From: Catajapyx aquilonaris
Lineage: Eukaryota
Reading direction: 5' to 3'
Length of the DNA stretch: 20,000 nucleotides
Assembly (NCBI GenBank): GCA_000934665.2
Contig: KZ538193.1
Span: 169,725 to 189,724, forward strand
Part shown: piece after piece, positions 9,921 to 20,000 of the stretch
Layout of the letters: each line of letters begins with the position of its first letter
How positions within the stretch are numbered: the stretch's first letter is position 1
Notes under the pieces: model-generated
The model's database searches: none
The model's input: the letters and a program-made list of their open reading frames with translations, nothing else
What the model was told of the DNA's origin: nothing
Program-made: the position numbers and the translations under genes

Positions 9921-10290
9921 TGGCGCTTTGGGTTGCTTCCTTTCAGATCACGTGATGCTCCCTCCAGCCGAACATGCGCATGCGCATAAGTGTCTTTAAC
10001 ATCCGTGCCAATCGGCGTCATTGCATATTTTCTCCACAATAAATACAGCTCGTTATTTACTGACTTCACCTAATTTTAAAATATTTGTTCAGTTGTTGAA
10101 TGGCGACTGTTATGCGTCATTGTTTAATTATTGCGAAATATTTTCTCTTACAGTATAAATGGGAGAGTTTTTCTGTGTGTTTGTATGTCCAGGTTGTCTA
10201 ACGCACATCCGGACTACTGAAAGTGCTGAAACTTTGCACACTCACGGTTTAGGTGCCTCTGATTGAGGGAAAAGTCCGAAACCCAATATT
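9921..10290. repeat. Right arm of the long degenerate inverted repeat (includes a second, 3'-truncated Helitron-like copy at ~10146-10290, + strand)
   Basis: Reverse-complement partner of 9290-9616 (anchors listed there), with an extra ~80 bp block at ~10063-10145 that is absent from the left arm. No 3' hairpin plus CTAG end is seen for this copy. Confidence 0.88.
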
Positions 10291-13290
10291 TTTTTAGTAT
10301 AAGCCCGAAAGATGTACGATTCTTGAATTTTGGGGGTTCTGGTTTGCCCGAATATGTAAAAAAAAAGTCTCATGAGGTTAATAACTGGGAATCCAATGGG
10401 CAGAGGTGCAATTCTGCAGGTAATACCAGCCGCTGCTAATTCAGGAAACGTACAGTGAGTGATTAGCTTCTGGTCTCGTCGAAAAGCAATCGGTGCACTC
10501 TTCTCCGAGAGTTTAATCACTGGACCCGGGGTTTTGATGCTGGTGCAAAAAAGAGCAACAGTTTTTCGGGGGGCGGCATCACTTTGAAACTAGGGCTTGA
10601 AATGAGTCTCCCGCAAACCACATCTGGAGCAAGTCTTGGAAACGTTCCGACGGTGCCATCGATCTATCTCAAGAAACTCGCAGCTTTTCAAAGACACTGG
10701 GAGGGAAAAGCTAATTGATAAAACTCAAACGCCCTGGCAAAAGTCGACTTCCCAGCAGGGTCTTATCGATTGCCACGTCACCTCGAACTCAACGAAAATC
10801 ATCAGAATGCAATATGGAATCCGGGTTCCGGAGCCCTTCTTCCATCTGGAATGCTCCGCTTGGACTGATAGAATTAATCAGCATTATATACCGGGGTTTT
10901 TTCCAGCTGAAGAATGCTATTGGGTCTTACAGTATAAAAGGGCTGTGGAAAAGTGGAACTTGGACTTTTTTTGTATCCTGACAGGCGGACAACCCTAATT
11001 GCTCTTCTGAGTCAAAAGTTGCCTAACAGTGAAGGATAAAACTGGAGCAGAGTAAACTTTAAGATTTACAAAAAGCACTGCGATCTTGTCCACTTTTGGA
11101 TAAATGATAATATAATCAATTGATCTTAAACTGTACTTTTGAATATACATAATAATATTCTATGAAGAAAATTATGCAAGTGTTGAAAATTAAAAAAAAT
11201 TAATTTTTGGAGGTATATTAGTTAAAAATGATACCGTCGTTGCAGGTAATAGTGGTTCAATATTCGCTAAATTTATTCTGTAAGTGATCAGCACTGTTTT
11301 GGTCAATGCGACGAATTTATAGGATGGGCATTGTTTACAGGGCATGGGCATAATGCTGCATGATGTGGGATTTGAGTGCACCTGTACTGTACATTAAGTA
11401 TGGGTTGTTAATGGCAGCTTATATACATTAGCATGCAATGTTTAAGCTCTGTGTAAATTTAATAAACTCTACTGAAGAGAATAATTGACATCCGAGCGGG
11501 ATTTTTTGATGCATTGTGGAAGATGATACACACAACATGCATGAGGTATTTTTTTTTTTTGCCTGTGCCTCACATACAATGCATGATTGTGTATAGCTTC
11601 AAGGGTTGCGTTGTGCCTCACTGCGCCACATATCACATGCAGTGTCTGCATGAGGTAAAAATAAATGTTCTTATCCAACTTTTCTGACGTCAGACGTTTG
11701 AGAGATATAATTCGGCCAATGCAGATGATATATATGTATAAATATACATCAGCTTGCAGTTCAAAATTAGTTGCTATATTCATATGATGAAAGGTTATAA
11801 ATAATGCATCAACTCTTTGCCCAATATTGTTCAGAATATTTTATATACTGTAAATTGCAGGGCACCCGGCAGGCTTTTATTCGTCCAACAAATAGCATTA
11901 TATTTCATTTGGTCCGTCATATTGCAGTAGTGACCTACTCTGTCGTACGTACATTTTTTGTGTGTCGCAGCATCGAATCGAAACAGTTGCAACCTGAGCC
12001 CCAGCTGCAGATTCTGCTCAACTTATCAAGGTTGATAAATCGGATTCTTTGTGGTGAAATATTCTGAGCCAGTGACTGCTCCTTTCGTGGGGTGGAACCG
12101 ATCCTCCTTTGCACTTTTAGTGTCAGAACGCACGATCGCACCCATTCAACGGATCAGATAATACGTATTCTTTCTGCAAGGGCTCGAAAGGCAACCCTCC
12201 TTTTTTCCAGTCGGTTGGGTGGAGACTGCACGGAAGAAAGTCGTCCCAGTTATTTTTTTTTCTCTCTCTCTTCTTCCTTTTCTTTCTATTTTTTGAAACC
12301 CGCCCTTCATGGATGCCATTTAGACCAGAAAGCAAACATTGCACTTTATGGTTTCATTCTTCACACCAAACACGGAACGAATTCCGGTCCTATGGAATTA
12401 GGCGTGTCAGCAAAGACAATACTGAGGCTTCCAGAGAAGTAGCGAAGCCTTGATTTATGGTCGAGCTACCTTTAAGCGAAAGCCAGCAGTTGTGCAACGT
12501 ATGTACTACCACGCAGTATGATCCGACATCGTGGAAACTGCAAATCGGATTTAATGAATATGTACCGGTATCGATCAAGGTTGTCCTGTAAATAGTGGTC
12601 ATGACTTTTGTGGGAGGTCTTAAGTCATGTGAAGGTCGTCACAGCAGTATCTCTTACGTAAGATTGGTATATTGCATTAGGGTAGATTGAAGTTAAAGAT
12701 GGGATTCGTATGCGACGACACGGACGAAGACAAGTCTCGAATTAATTTCTATGAACACGTCTCGAAAAAAGAAGTTGCACTTTTTAATATAAAAAATTAA
12801 GTTGTTTCCGCGAGGTAATGACTGGGATTGTACGATGCTGTATTGCAGGATCGAAATGTCTCGCAGGAAAAACCTAAACACGTATCAAACTTGAGCACGT
12901 ACAGTGCAAAAACCAGGCTATAGTTTTAGAGAAAAAGGAGTGTAGAAAATAACTTGATCCTGAAGTTATTCCGTTGGAAAAAGCCAGTGTTCATTTCTTA
13001 TCTCTTTATCCGATTGTTGGATTGGTATAGCTGGACTTGTGTGTACATTTGGAAACGTCAATCCTTCAGAGAGCGGAGATGAAAAGCTGGCCACAAACCG
13101 GTGATTGTCCTAAATATAGTCTGGCGCTCTGCTGGACGAGCAATGAAAATTCTAATTCTCCGAGCCCTCAGGAAGACAGTTTTGCTGAAAATTTTTGTGC
13201 GAGTAATTTACTCTAAGCGTATATAGTGAAGACCATAATGACACAGTTTATTAACTCTGCTAATTCGATTTTCTCCCCTTTCCCTTCCAG

Positions 13291-13320
13291 TAAAGAAAGC
13301 ACGTTTCGTAGGAGTTCAAG
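13291..13320 (+). CDS. Candidate 30-nt frame-preserving microexon of an unidentified host gene
   Basis: Branch-point consensus CTAAT at 13260-13264, pyrimidine tract and acceptor TTTTCTCCCCTTTCCCTTCCAG ending 13290, exon TAAAGAAAGCACGTTTCGTAGGAGTTCAAG, donor AAG|GTAAGC at 13321. Open in phase 1 (KKARFVGVQ) and phase 2 (KESTFRRSS); phase 0 starts with TAA. Confidence 0.5.
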
Positions 13321-14299
13321 GTAAGCACTCCATCGCCTTCTGTGCGTGAGTATAGTAGTTTAGTCTATGAGTACTGCACGAGCCATAAATTCTTACAGTG
13401 AGGTATTTTTCCACATCACGCTTTTTTGCTCTACGGAAGCTAGAAGCATTGGGAAAAATGCCAAGTCAATTTTTTTAAGCAGATAGCCTATAGGGAGGAG
13501 AGGAGCAGTTAGATAACTGAGCAATAATGTAATTGTCGTACATGATCACTCCCGTCTGCAAATAGCAATCATCTGAAAAGGGGCAAAATGGAAGTAAAAG
13601 ACGGGATTAAAAACTGACGCAGTGTTTGCCCACGGTGGAATTTTTTTGGGGGACAATTTTAAGTAGCATTAATGTAATGATTTTGTTATTCGAAACTAGG
13701 AGGAATTGTCGAAGTGTTGACCAGAAATCCCTATTATCTAAAGTTATTGGAAGCAAGATAATAACCATCATGTGCATACAACAAGTGGGGTAATTTTTTT
13801 GTACCTAGAAGAGAAATTGCGGTAATAGACGTTAATTAGTGAGAAAATCGATGCTCTCTCGCAAGCAACCATTAATAATGTACTGTACAAGATAAGGTTC
13901 AAGCGTTGATTTTCTGCACAGAACTGTTCCTCTCCTCTGCTTAAAAATAAGTAGATCCTCAGTTACAGGTTTACAAGGAATAGCGGCTGCTTATGATTTT
14001 GCTAAATATAGTTCTTACTGTGAATGAAGTGTGTATGAAATAATCCTCAATAAATTGATCTACACTGTCTTATTGCCTTCTTAACTAGCTGTCTAGGGTT
14101 CTACAACATCTAAAGCTGCCATTGAATTAATTTGAACCCCGAGAAGCGCCAAAGAAAGCCAAAAAAAGTACAATACAATTTAAAATCTTTTGATGTATGA
14201 TCTTTGGTAATTTTGTAATCAGATAACTGTTCATATCAATTCAGGAATATTCTGCAGAATGTGTCTTCATTATTCATATGAGCGTAAGAAACTGGTGTG

Positions 14300-14300
<1 letters not shown>

Positions 14301-14387
<87 letters not shown>
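14301..14387. repeat. Compound microsatellite (ATT)16(AGT)13
   Basis: ATT x16 at 14301-14348 followed directly by AGT x13 at 14349-14387. Confidence 0.98.
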
Positions 14388-15046
14388 TCAGCGTACTTAA
14401 TTGCCAATTGATGGTACTGTACATGATGTGCATGTGACACTGTATAACCTGATGGAATACAGTGCTTATACGAGGCTACAGGTTAACAGCTTCGACAAAC
14501 CGTTTGCCAGTAATATTGGTCGTAAATCGTGATGTAGCCCTCTTGAATGTTTCTTATTGCCGTTTGAGGAGTCTTATGAAGAATGGTGGTTCTAATAGTG
14601 CCCTATTTCACCAGCCCCATATATCTTTAGTGCTGTTGGCGATAATAAGTCTCATTATAAGCAGGACTGCTGGTACACATATTATTTTAATGTTATTTTA
14701 AATGTTGGAAAACTGTACCCAGTGTTCGTACTTTGTGAAAAAAACATCCGCTACACTACTTGTAATTATTAGTGTATCATGTCTTGTTCTCAGGATTTGA
14801 CCCACATAAACATCATTTATAAAATTATACTAGCCGACTTTATAGTGGGAGACTACCATGTTTGACTGGTCAGTTCTCATGGGTTTTAGAGCCTGAAGAT
14901 TGTCTCTTGTCTCAAGCTTCAACCTCATGGGTTAGGTGCCTATTAGGTTGCCTTCAAGTCTATACTTGTACATGCAATGCAAATTTTGACCAGAGAGTAA
15001 GGAAACTATCCTGAGAACAGAACACCCGGTTACAGTAATACAACTG

Positions 15047-15606
15047 TTGTTTTCAGATTGTTGGGCACTTGGAAAAGAAGAGTTGACAGTTTACATGAAT
15101 AATTGATAATGAAGGTGGCTAGTCCGCACCAATTTCTCTGACATAACAAGGACTATTTTTCCGCCTGTACAACCCAGCTTTCCTGACTGTTCTAGTTATT
15201 TTCACTGCCAGCCTGCGTCTGTTCTTCCATCAAATATTGACTCTCACCTGGGCCAGAGCAGTTTTCACCTGTAGCGTTTCAAAATCCTGTGCATGTTAAG
15301 GTGGAAAAAATGGTGCAGGTATAACCTAGTTGTTCCAGTAAAACCGATTTTCCGGGCTGCTGGGCTGGGCTGGCTGGCACCGTCCCCCAAGGTCCTGCTT
15401 ATCTGACACCGCAGGATTTTTGTTGTCGTCGGCATAGCATGCCCCGGAAGCCCAGGTCTTTACCGGAACTGAGAGAGAAGATCACAGAGAGAAAGTCTCT
15501 TGTAATTTCTGCCGACTCGTGTGCAGTGTGACCCACAGTAACAAAAGCTATCCGGATTATTTCTGGAGGCTCTCACCTTTTATTCGGTACTACATGGCCC
15601 ACCTGT
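15047..15606 (+). pseudogene. Decayed Tc1/mariner-superfamily transposase, probably DD41D (rosa/Visitor) type
   Basis: 15349-15531 reads in one frame FPGCWAGLAGTVPQGPAYLTPQDFCCRRHSMPRKPRSLPELREKITERKSLVISADSCAV*, resembling FPGRWIGRGG..WPPRSPDLTPLDFFLWG...KPRTLEELRERIT...VW. Weaker collinear traces: LFSD (~15047-15058), GLFF (~15150), FFHQ (~15222), GGSHL (~15565), and a TIR-like GGCCCACCTGT at ~15596-15606. The core is solid and the boundaries are approximate. Confidence 0.7.
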
Positions 15607-16979
15607 GGGTTGGAATCTGCGATACAGCAAGTAGAATCAGTGGTTATGAGGCAAAAACAATGATAACGGCGATGCATATCAAAGCCAGTGCAGTCATACA
15701 TTTTTCAGTTACGTAACTGGCATTACTAAGTATCCCCCGTGAAAATATTACGCACGTAGGCTTACCCTCCAGCCTAAAAGCTCTACTGCAATGCGTACTG
15801 GAATGTAATTATTATAGAACTACTTGCTGCAACTTACATCCGCTGTTATCCTTATGCGGAATATTCTGAGACCTCGTTGCATTTGAGCTGCAATCTGGCT
15901 GCAATGCTAATAATAGTGATATATCTAAACGGGTTACTAGGCATTCATTGTAACATAGGTCTAACGTTCTAGTCTGTTTAATATTTGAACGCTTTCTAGG
16001 GCTCGGTACTGGGCCCCGGTAAATTTAACGGTGAGTTTAGTATTGATCAGAAATTAGGCTCTATAATTAAATGCCGGAGGCTGCTTCGTTTGTGTGGTCT
16101 TTGCAGCCAGCAGCTTCCCTTTAAAATGTAATGCATGTGTGCTTTACCTGCACCTGTGTACCTGAAAATGATGTGCTGGGGCTGGCCTACAGTGTAGTTT
16201 TCTGCCAGTCAACGTTGCACATCTTTGGCACAAGCAGATTAGATATTTATCAGAGGATATGATGTGTATTATTATCATCAGGCGACTGTCATAAGTAATC
16301 TCTCGGTAAGAATTATTATTCAAGGGCATAATTATACCATATAAAAAGCGAAGACTGAGTTCCTCCATTTTTGATGACTGAAATATTGTCAAAATTTATT
16401 TTATAACATTAAATATACCGGTACTGGTATTATAAGCGGAAGTTGTGCATTGTCGGGAAGTTTTCCGCCCCTTATCACACATTCAGCAAGTGACTCAGTT
16501 TCTTCTGTCAAAAACTCAACTTACGAAAATATGGGTATGAGAATTGCGACATGGAAGAATTATCGGCTTCCAACGGCCACAAAAATGCATAACGTGTGCG
16601 GTAATTTATTATTGTTCGCTGCTGGGAGACTGCATCGTACAGTTCGAATGACGTGAATTCAGAGTTTGCAGTGCTGGTTGCCTAGACTACGATCTCTCAG
16701 ATTTATTCAGGATTATCCCGCAGCCAACGTTGCATATTAGCCCTAAATTATTGCAATGCAGACTATTTGAACCCCAAGCACCATGTAAAGTAATCATAAA
16801 TGAATGGGTCTTCTTCCTTCTGCAAAGATTAATCAACAGGTAGTCCTTACCATGAAATTATGCGAGAAACCTTATGAGAGAACCAGGCTGCTAGTATAGT
16901 GATTAGCATAAAAAGGGAAGACACCCACACCTATATCTTTACACCTTACAGAGAGTATCCTTCACAATAGATACTATGA

Positions 16980-17051
16980 GGGTTCAAACCCGGAATAGAT
17001 TCTCTCAATGCCTCAGCTTGGTCGCCTGGATAATAACCATGACAACCACGG
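16980..17051 (-). mobile_element. Possible decayed tRNA-derived SINE head
   Basis: The minus strand has an A-box-like TGGTTGTCATGG (17048-17037) and a B-box-like GGGTTTGAACCC (16991-16980) at plausible spacing. No cloverleaf, tail or TSD was found. Confidence 0.3.
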
Positions 17052-17874
17052 ATGCGAAACAGGCTGCTTTAGTCGTGTCTATTACTTCCTAGAAAGACAG
17101 CCTTTGATTAATTCAATCTCCGATCAAACATTCATTTCTGTCTTATCATAACAGGAATCAAACTATAAGTATATAGGTGTACTATGGAAGAGATTAATTC
17201 GCATATTTTGGTCGGAAGCAGCTTAATCTTAATATGACTCGCTGTTATTTGCTCTATAGGTCCGAGAAGGGTGTTATTGGGGACAGATGCCTTTAAAATT
17301 GTGGGGACTTGAAGGGTGGGCCTAAATCCCCAACGATGAGAGTTCCTGCGGCACTTAATAAAGGTGGGCAGTGAGTGAGTCCCCTGTGAGGAGAATCCCC
17401 CCTCCTTTTCCAAGCAGGGCGTCGTCTGTGGGATAAGCGTTACGGGGTATAACATTTCGGCCCACACGCTTTACGACCGTAATTAAGCGGCAGTTAAGAG
17501 GACGCCAACATTGTCGCAAGGTCGACAGAGTCGTTTGGGGGAGACCACTACTCGATCCAGGTTTTAGGTGATATTGAATATTAAGTATAATTATGGATCA
17601 AGGAGTGGTTTTTTTAAAGTGTCGGGGATTCTTTTGTACGCAAGGCGTCTCTTATAAGAAAGAAGGATCCGGATGTCTTTTTTATGTGCGGTGACACATG
17701 TCATTTCCTCTTCATTGGCCTGTCCTGGCGATAATTTGACGCCTCGTTTGACATGATCAGTCGCAACCGTCATCTTCTTCCTACGTAATAATGACGTCGC
17801 ATCCGCACAGCCCAAACTTGTGTTGTTTCCGGAATCCACAAGCTTTGAGAAAGCGGTTCGCATAACAATGTATA

Positions 17875-17946
17875 CAGGGTGTATGGCAATCAAACGAAAT
17901 GTCTGGAGACAACTCAATGCCTGCCAGTTATTTACGATACACCCTG
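17875..17946. mobile_element. 72-bp Tc1/mariner-type mini-MITE
   Basis: TA|CAGGGTGTAT...ATACACCCTG|TA: a perfect 10-bp TIR core (imperfectly extending to ~19 bp) flanked by TA at 17873-17874 and 17947-17948. CAGGGTG termini with a TA TSD are typical of Tc1/DD41D-type elements. Confidence 0.75.
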
Positions 17947-18931
17947 TAGACCGGATTGCAAATGCAAGGCAAGGTTTGAAGGCTTCTTTTGGTTGTCCCC
18001 GAGAACTCTTAGCATTCAGCCCGACGTTTCACTTTGCAGTCGTTCATGCTTTCCCAGAATAGTCGTGGCGCTTAACAAGCCCAACATTGTGTGGAGATGA
18101 TGGTCTTGAGCCTGAGGAGGAAATGCGGGGAATCCTTCTCTCTCTCTTCATCTCTTTCCTTTTCTAATCGATAGTTTGTGTACTGCTTCCGGGGCGTGAA
18201 GTGATTTATATCCGATCGGGGCTGATCAGAAGAGCGTTGTAGGAAACGGTTCGGGTATAACCACTCCCTGAGGACAGTCGGTACCTAATGGGAACGAGCG
18301 TAAACACTTTTTTTCCCCCCCTTCCTTCGGGCTTCTATCTCTCCTCGGTGTGTGTGTGTTGGAGGATGGATCCCCACCTCTTAACCCCAGAGCGTGGCTT
18401 TATCCACCTGCTCAATGCAGTGTAGGACCTGATGATGGAACATGTCATTCACATGAGATCCATAATGGTGCGTTATTAAGTCCCCGTCAGGAGCAGAGAA
18501 AGGGAGAATGACAAATGCTTGCTTGCTGGGGAGATTGAGACCTCAAAAATGGGCGAAATATACAAGCAGCGTCTGCAGGCGATATTGCCACGAAAGGGAA
18601 CCTGGCGGATTATTATTATTATTATGGATAGGGGGAATGAAAGACACATTGTGGGAAACTTAATGAATTTACGTGGCCTTTCCCTTCACTTTATTTGCAT
18701 GTAGCAGATAAAGTAACATAGGCAGTAAGAATACGGATGTACTCGTAAATCTTGCTTTTGAGCCGCTTTGAATTTTTCATATGTGATACTGTCAATACAT
18801 AATTCACTTTATACTTACGTACGAGTATACAGTACACTCTTCTGCATTTATTCTGTAACACTACACTAGCGCATGTTTTTATGGCTATTTTACTTGCACC
18901 TCTCCTCATTATGAGGCACTCCAGTATTATT

Positions 18932-18933
<2 letters not shown>

Positions 18934-18995
<62 letters not shown>

Positions 18996-19020
18996 CAACA
19001 ATAACAATAATAAAATAATA
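18934..19020. repeat. (AAT)19 microsatellite with degenerate AAC/AAT tail
   Basis: AAT x19 at 18934-18990, then AACAACAACAATAACAATAAT... Confidence 0.98.
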
Positions 19021-20000
19021 AAGAGCGCCGTTGTATCATAACTGATGTAATGTAAGTTGTACTCGTTCTTACTGTTCGATATTAATTTTTCAACTTTTTC
19101 AAAAATGTGAGTATCTCAGCACGTGCGTACAGTACAGAGTGAGACAACATTTCTAGGAGGTAAGGCAAATGAGTTTAATTGGCTTGTAAAATACCGGTAC
19201 GCTGCACTTGAGTAAGTTTTATAACTGTACCTGCTAGATGGCAATGTAGCTAAGTAATAATTCTGTTGCTTAACTCTGCCAATGAAATAATGCTTATGTA
19301 CAACTTTGCGTCTAGAATGCCCTGAATCTGAACAGATATTATGATGGACTATGTGTACGCGTAGTTATTTTTGGTGTAATTAAGCCTAGCAAGTGTTGAA
19401 ATTAATTGACGGGCATTTCACAACTGACGCAATGTGAAGGTAAAAATAGTTTGTTTCACTCCCTCCTTTACATCCCTGTCTCATTCATACGGCTATAAGG
19501 ACTTTGACACTGTTTCGTCAAATTAAAAATTATTCTTGATCCAACAACACTGGTGTGTGATATATGAAAACAGTACAACTGTAGGCTACTATGTATGGGA
19601 CCCACCATAAGTTATATTAATAGTAGACTTAGAGTGTTTTACTGCCCAAATTTCCAGTGCAATAGCTGGGAGAATAAGTGAATAAGCTAATAATTGTTTA
19701 TGTTCTCTTCACTGGTAGTGATGAAACTGGTCTTAGAATAACAAAACGCCACTTTATTTACTCTCATACAATAAAATTGAAGATACGCATATATACGGTA
19801 TATACGACATGTAAAAATGTGTCTGTGCTCCAACTCGACTGGAATTATTTATCTTGGCCTAAGTTATATATACGCTTTTCTCCGCCGCCACTCTCAGATA
19901 GTGTATTATAGCCATGTAATAATATGGTGCTAAGGTCTGCTGCGCCTCCCTTCTACTAAAACGACGTTAATCCCATGCACAAGGGTAATAAGCGAACTAA

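Noticed and set aside
11539..11600. let-7-like TGAGGTA hairpin
   Set aside because: Only 7 nt match, followed by poly-T, and there is no pre-miRNA-quality stem.
12744..12815. Possible subterminal motif of a Tc1/DD41D MITE (TTCTATGAACACGTCTCGAAAA)
   Set aside because: Vague resemblance only, with no TIR partner or TA TSD found.
17941..17962. miR-10/miR-993 gene
   Set aside because: It diverges after 10 nt, lies on the 3' side of the hairpin, lacks a downstream star arm, and is explained by the MITE TIR plus TA.
19143..19166. 3-nt microexon (TTTCTAG|GAG|GTAAGG)
   Set aside because: The pyrimidine tract is very short with competing upstream AGs and no branch point, so it is not supportable without RNA data.
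147..19911. Supplied six-frame ORFs (60-123 aa) as protein-coding genes
   Set aside because: They are short, overlap on both strands, often start at non-ATG codons, show no recognisable domains and contain low-complexity runs from homopolymers. This is consistent with chance ORFs.

Overview
This looks like non-coding eukaryotic genomic DNA, probably arthropod/insect. That assignment is inferred from the mariner, DD41D-type and Helitron-like relics, the microsatellites and the lack of obvious CpG depletion. None of the supplied ORFs (all <=123 aa) looks like a real gene, and I see no prokaryotic genes, rRNA or CRISPR array. The window is most likely inside a large intron of a + strand gene, because a well-formed 30-nt candidate microexon lies at 13291-13320. 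The main structures are: (1) two adjacent near-perfect palindromes at 6172-6366; (2) a ~1 kb degenerate inverted duplication (~9290-10290) whose outer arms are Helitron-like and whose spacer is a decayed mariner transposase; (3) a decayed DD41D/rosa-type transposase at ~15050-15605; (4) a 72-bp TA-flanked Tc1/mariner-type mini-MITE at 17875-17946; (5) several motif clusters (ETS/FOX/CCAAT, Su(H)+DR1, TGCATG); (6) microsatellites. All family assignments come from motifs I recognised by eye and were not database-checked. I found no convincing novel protein-coding system.
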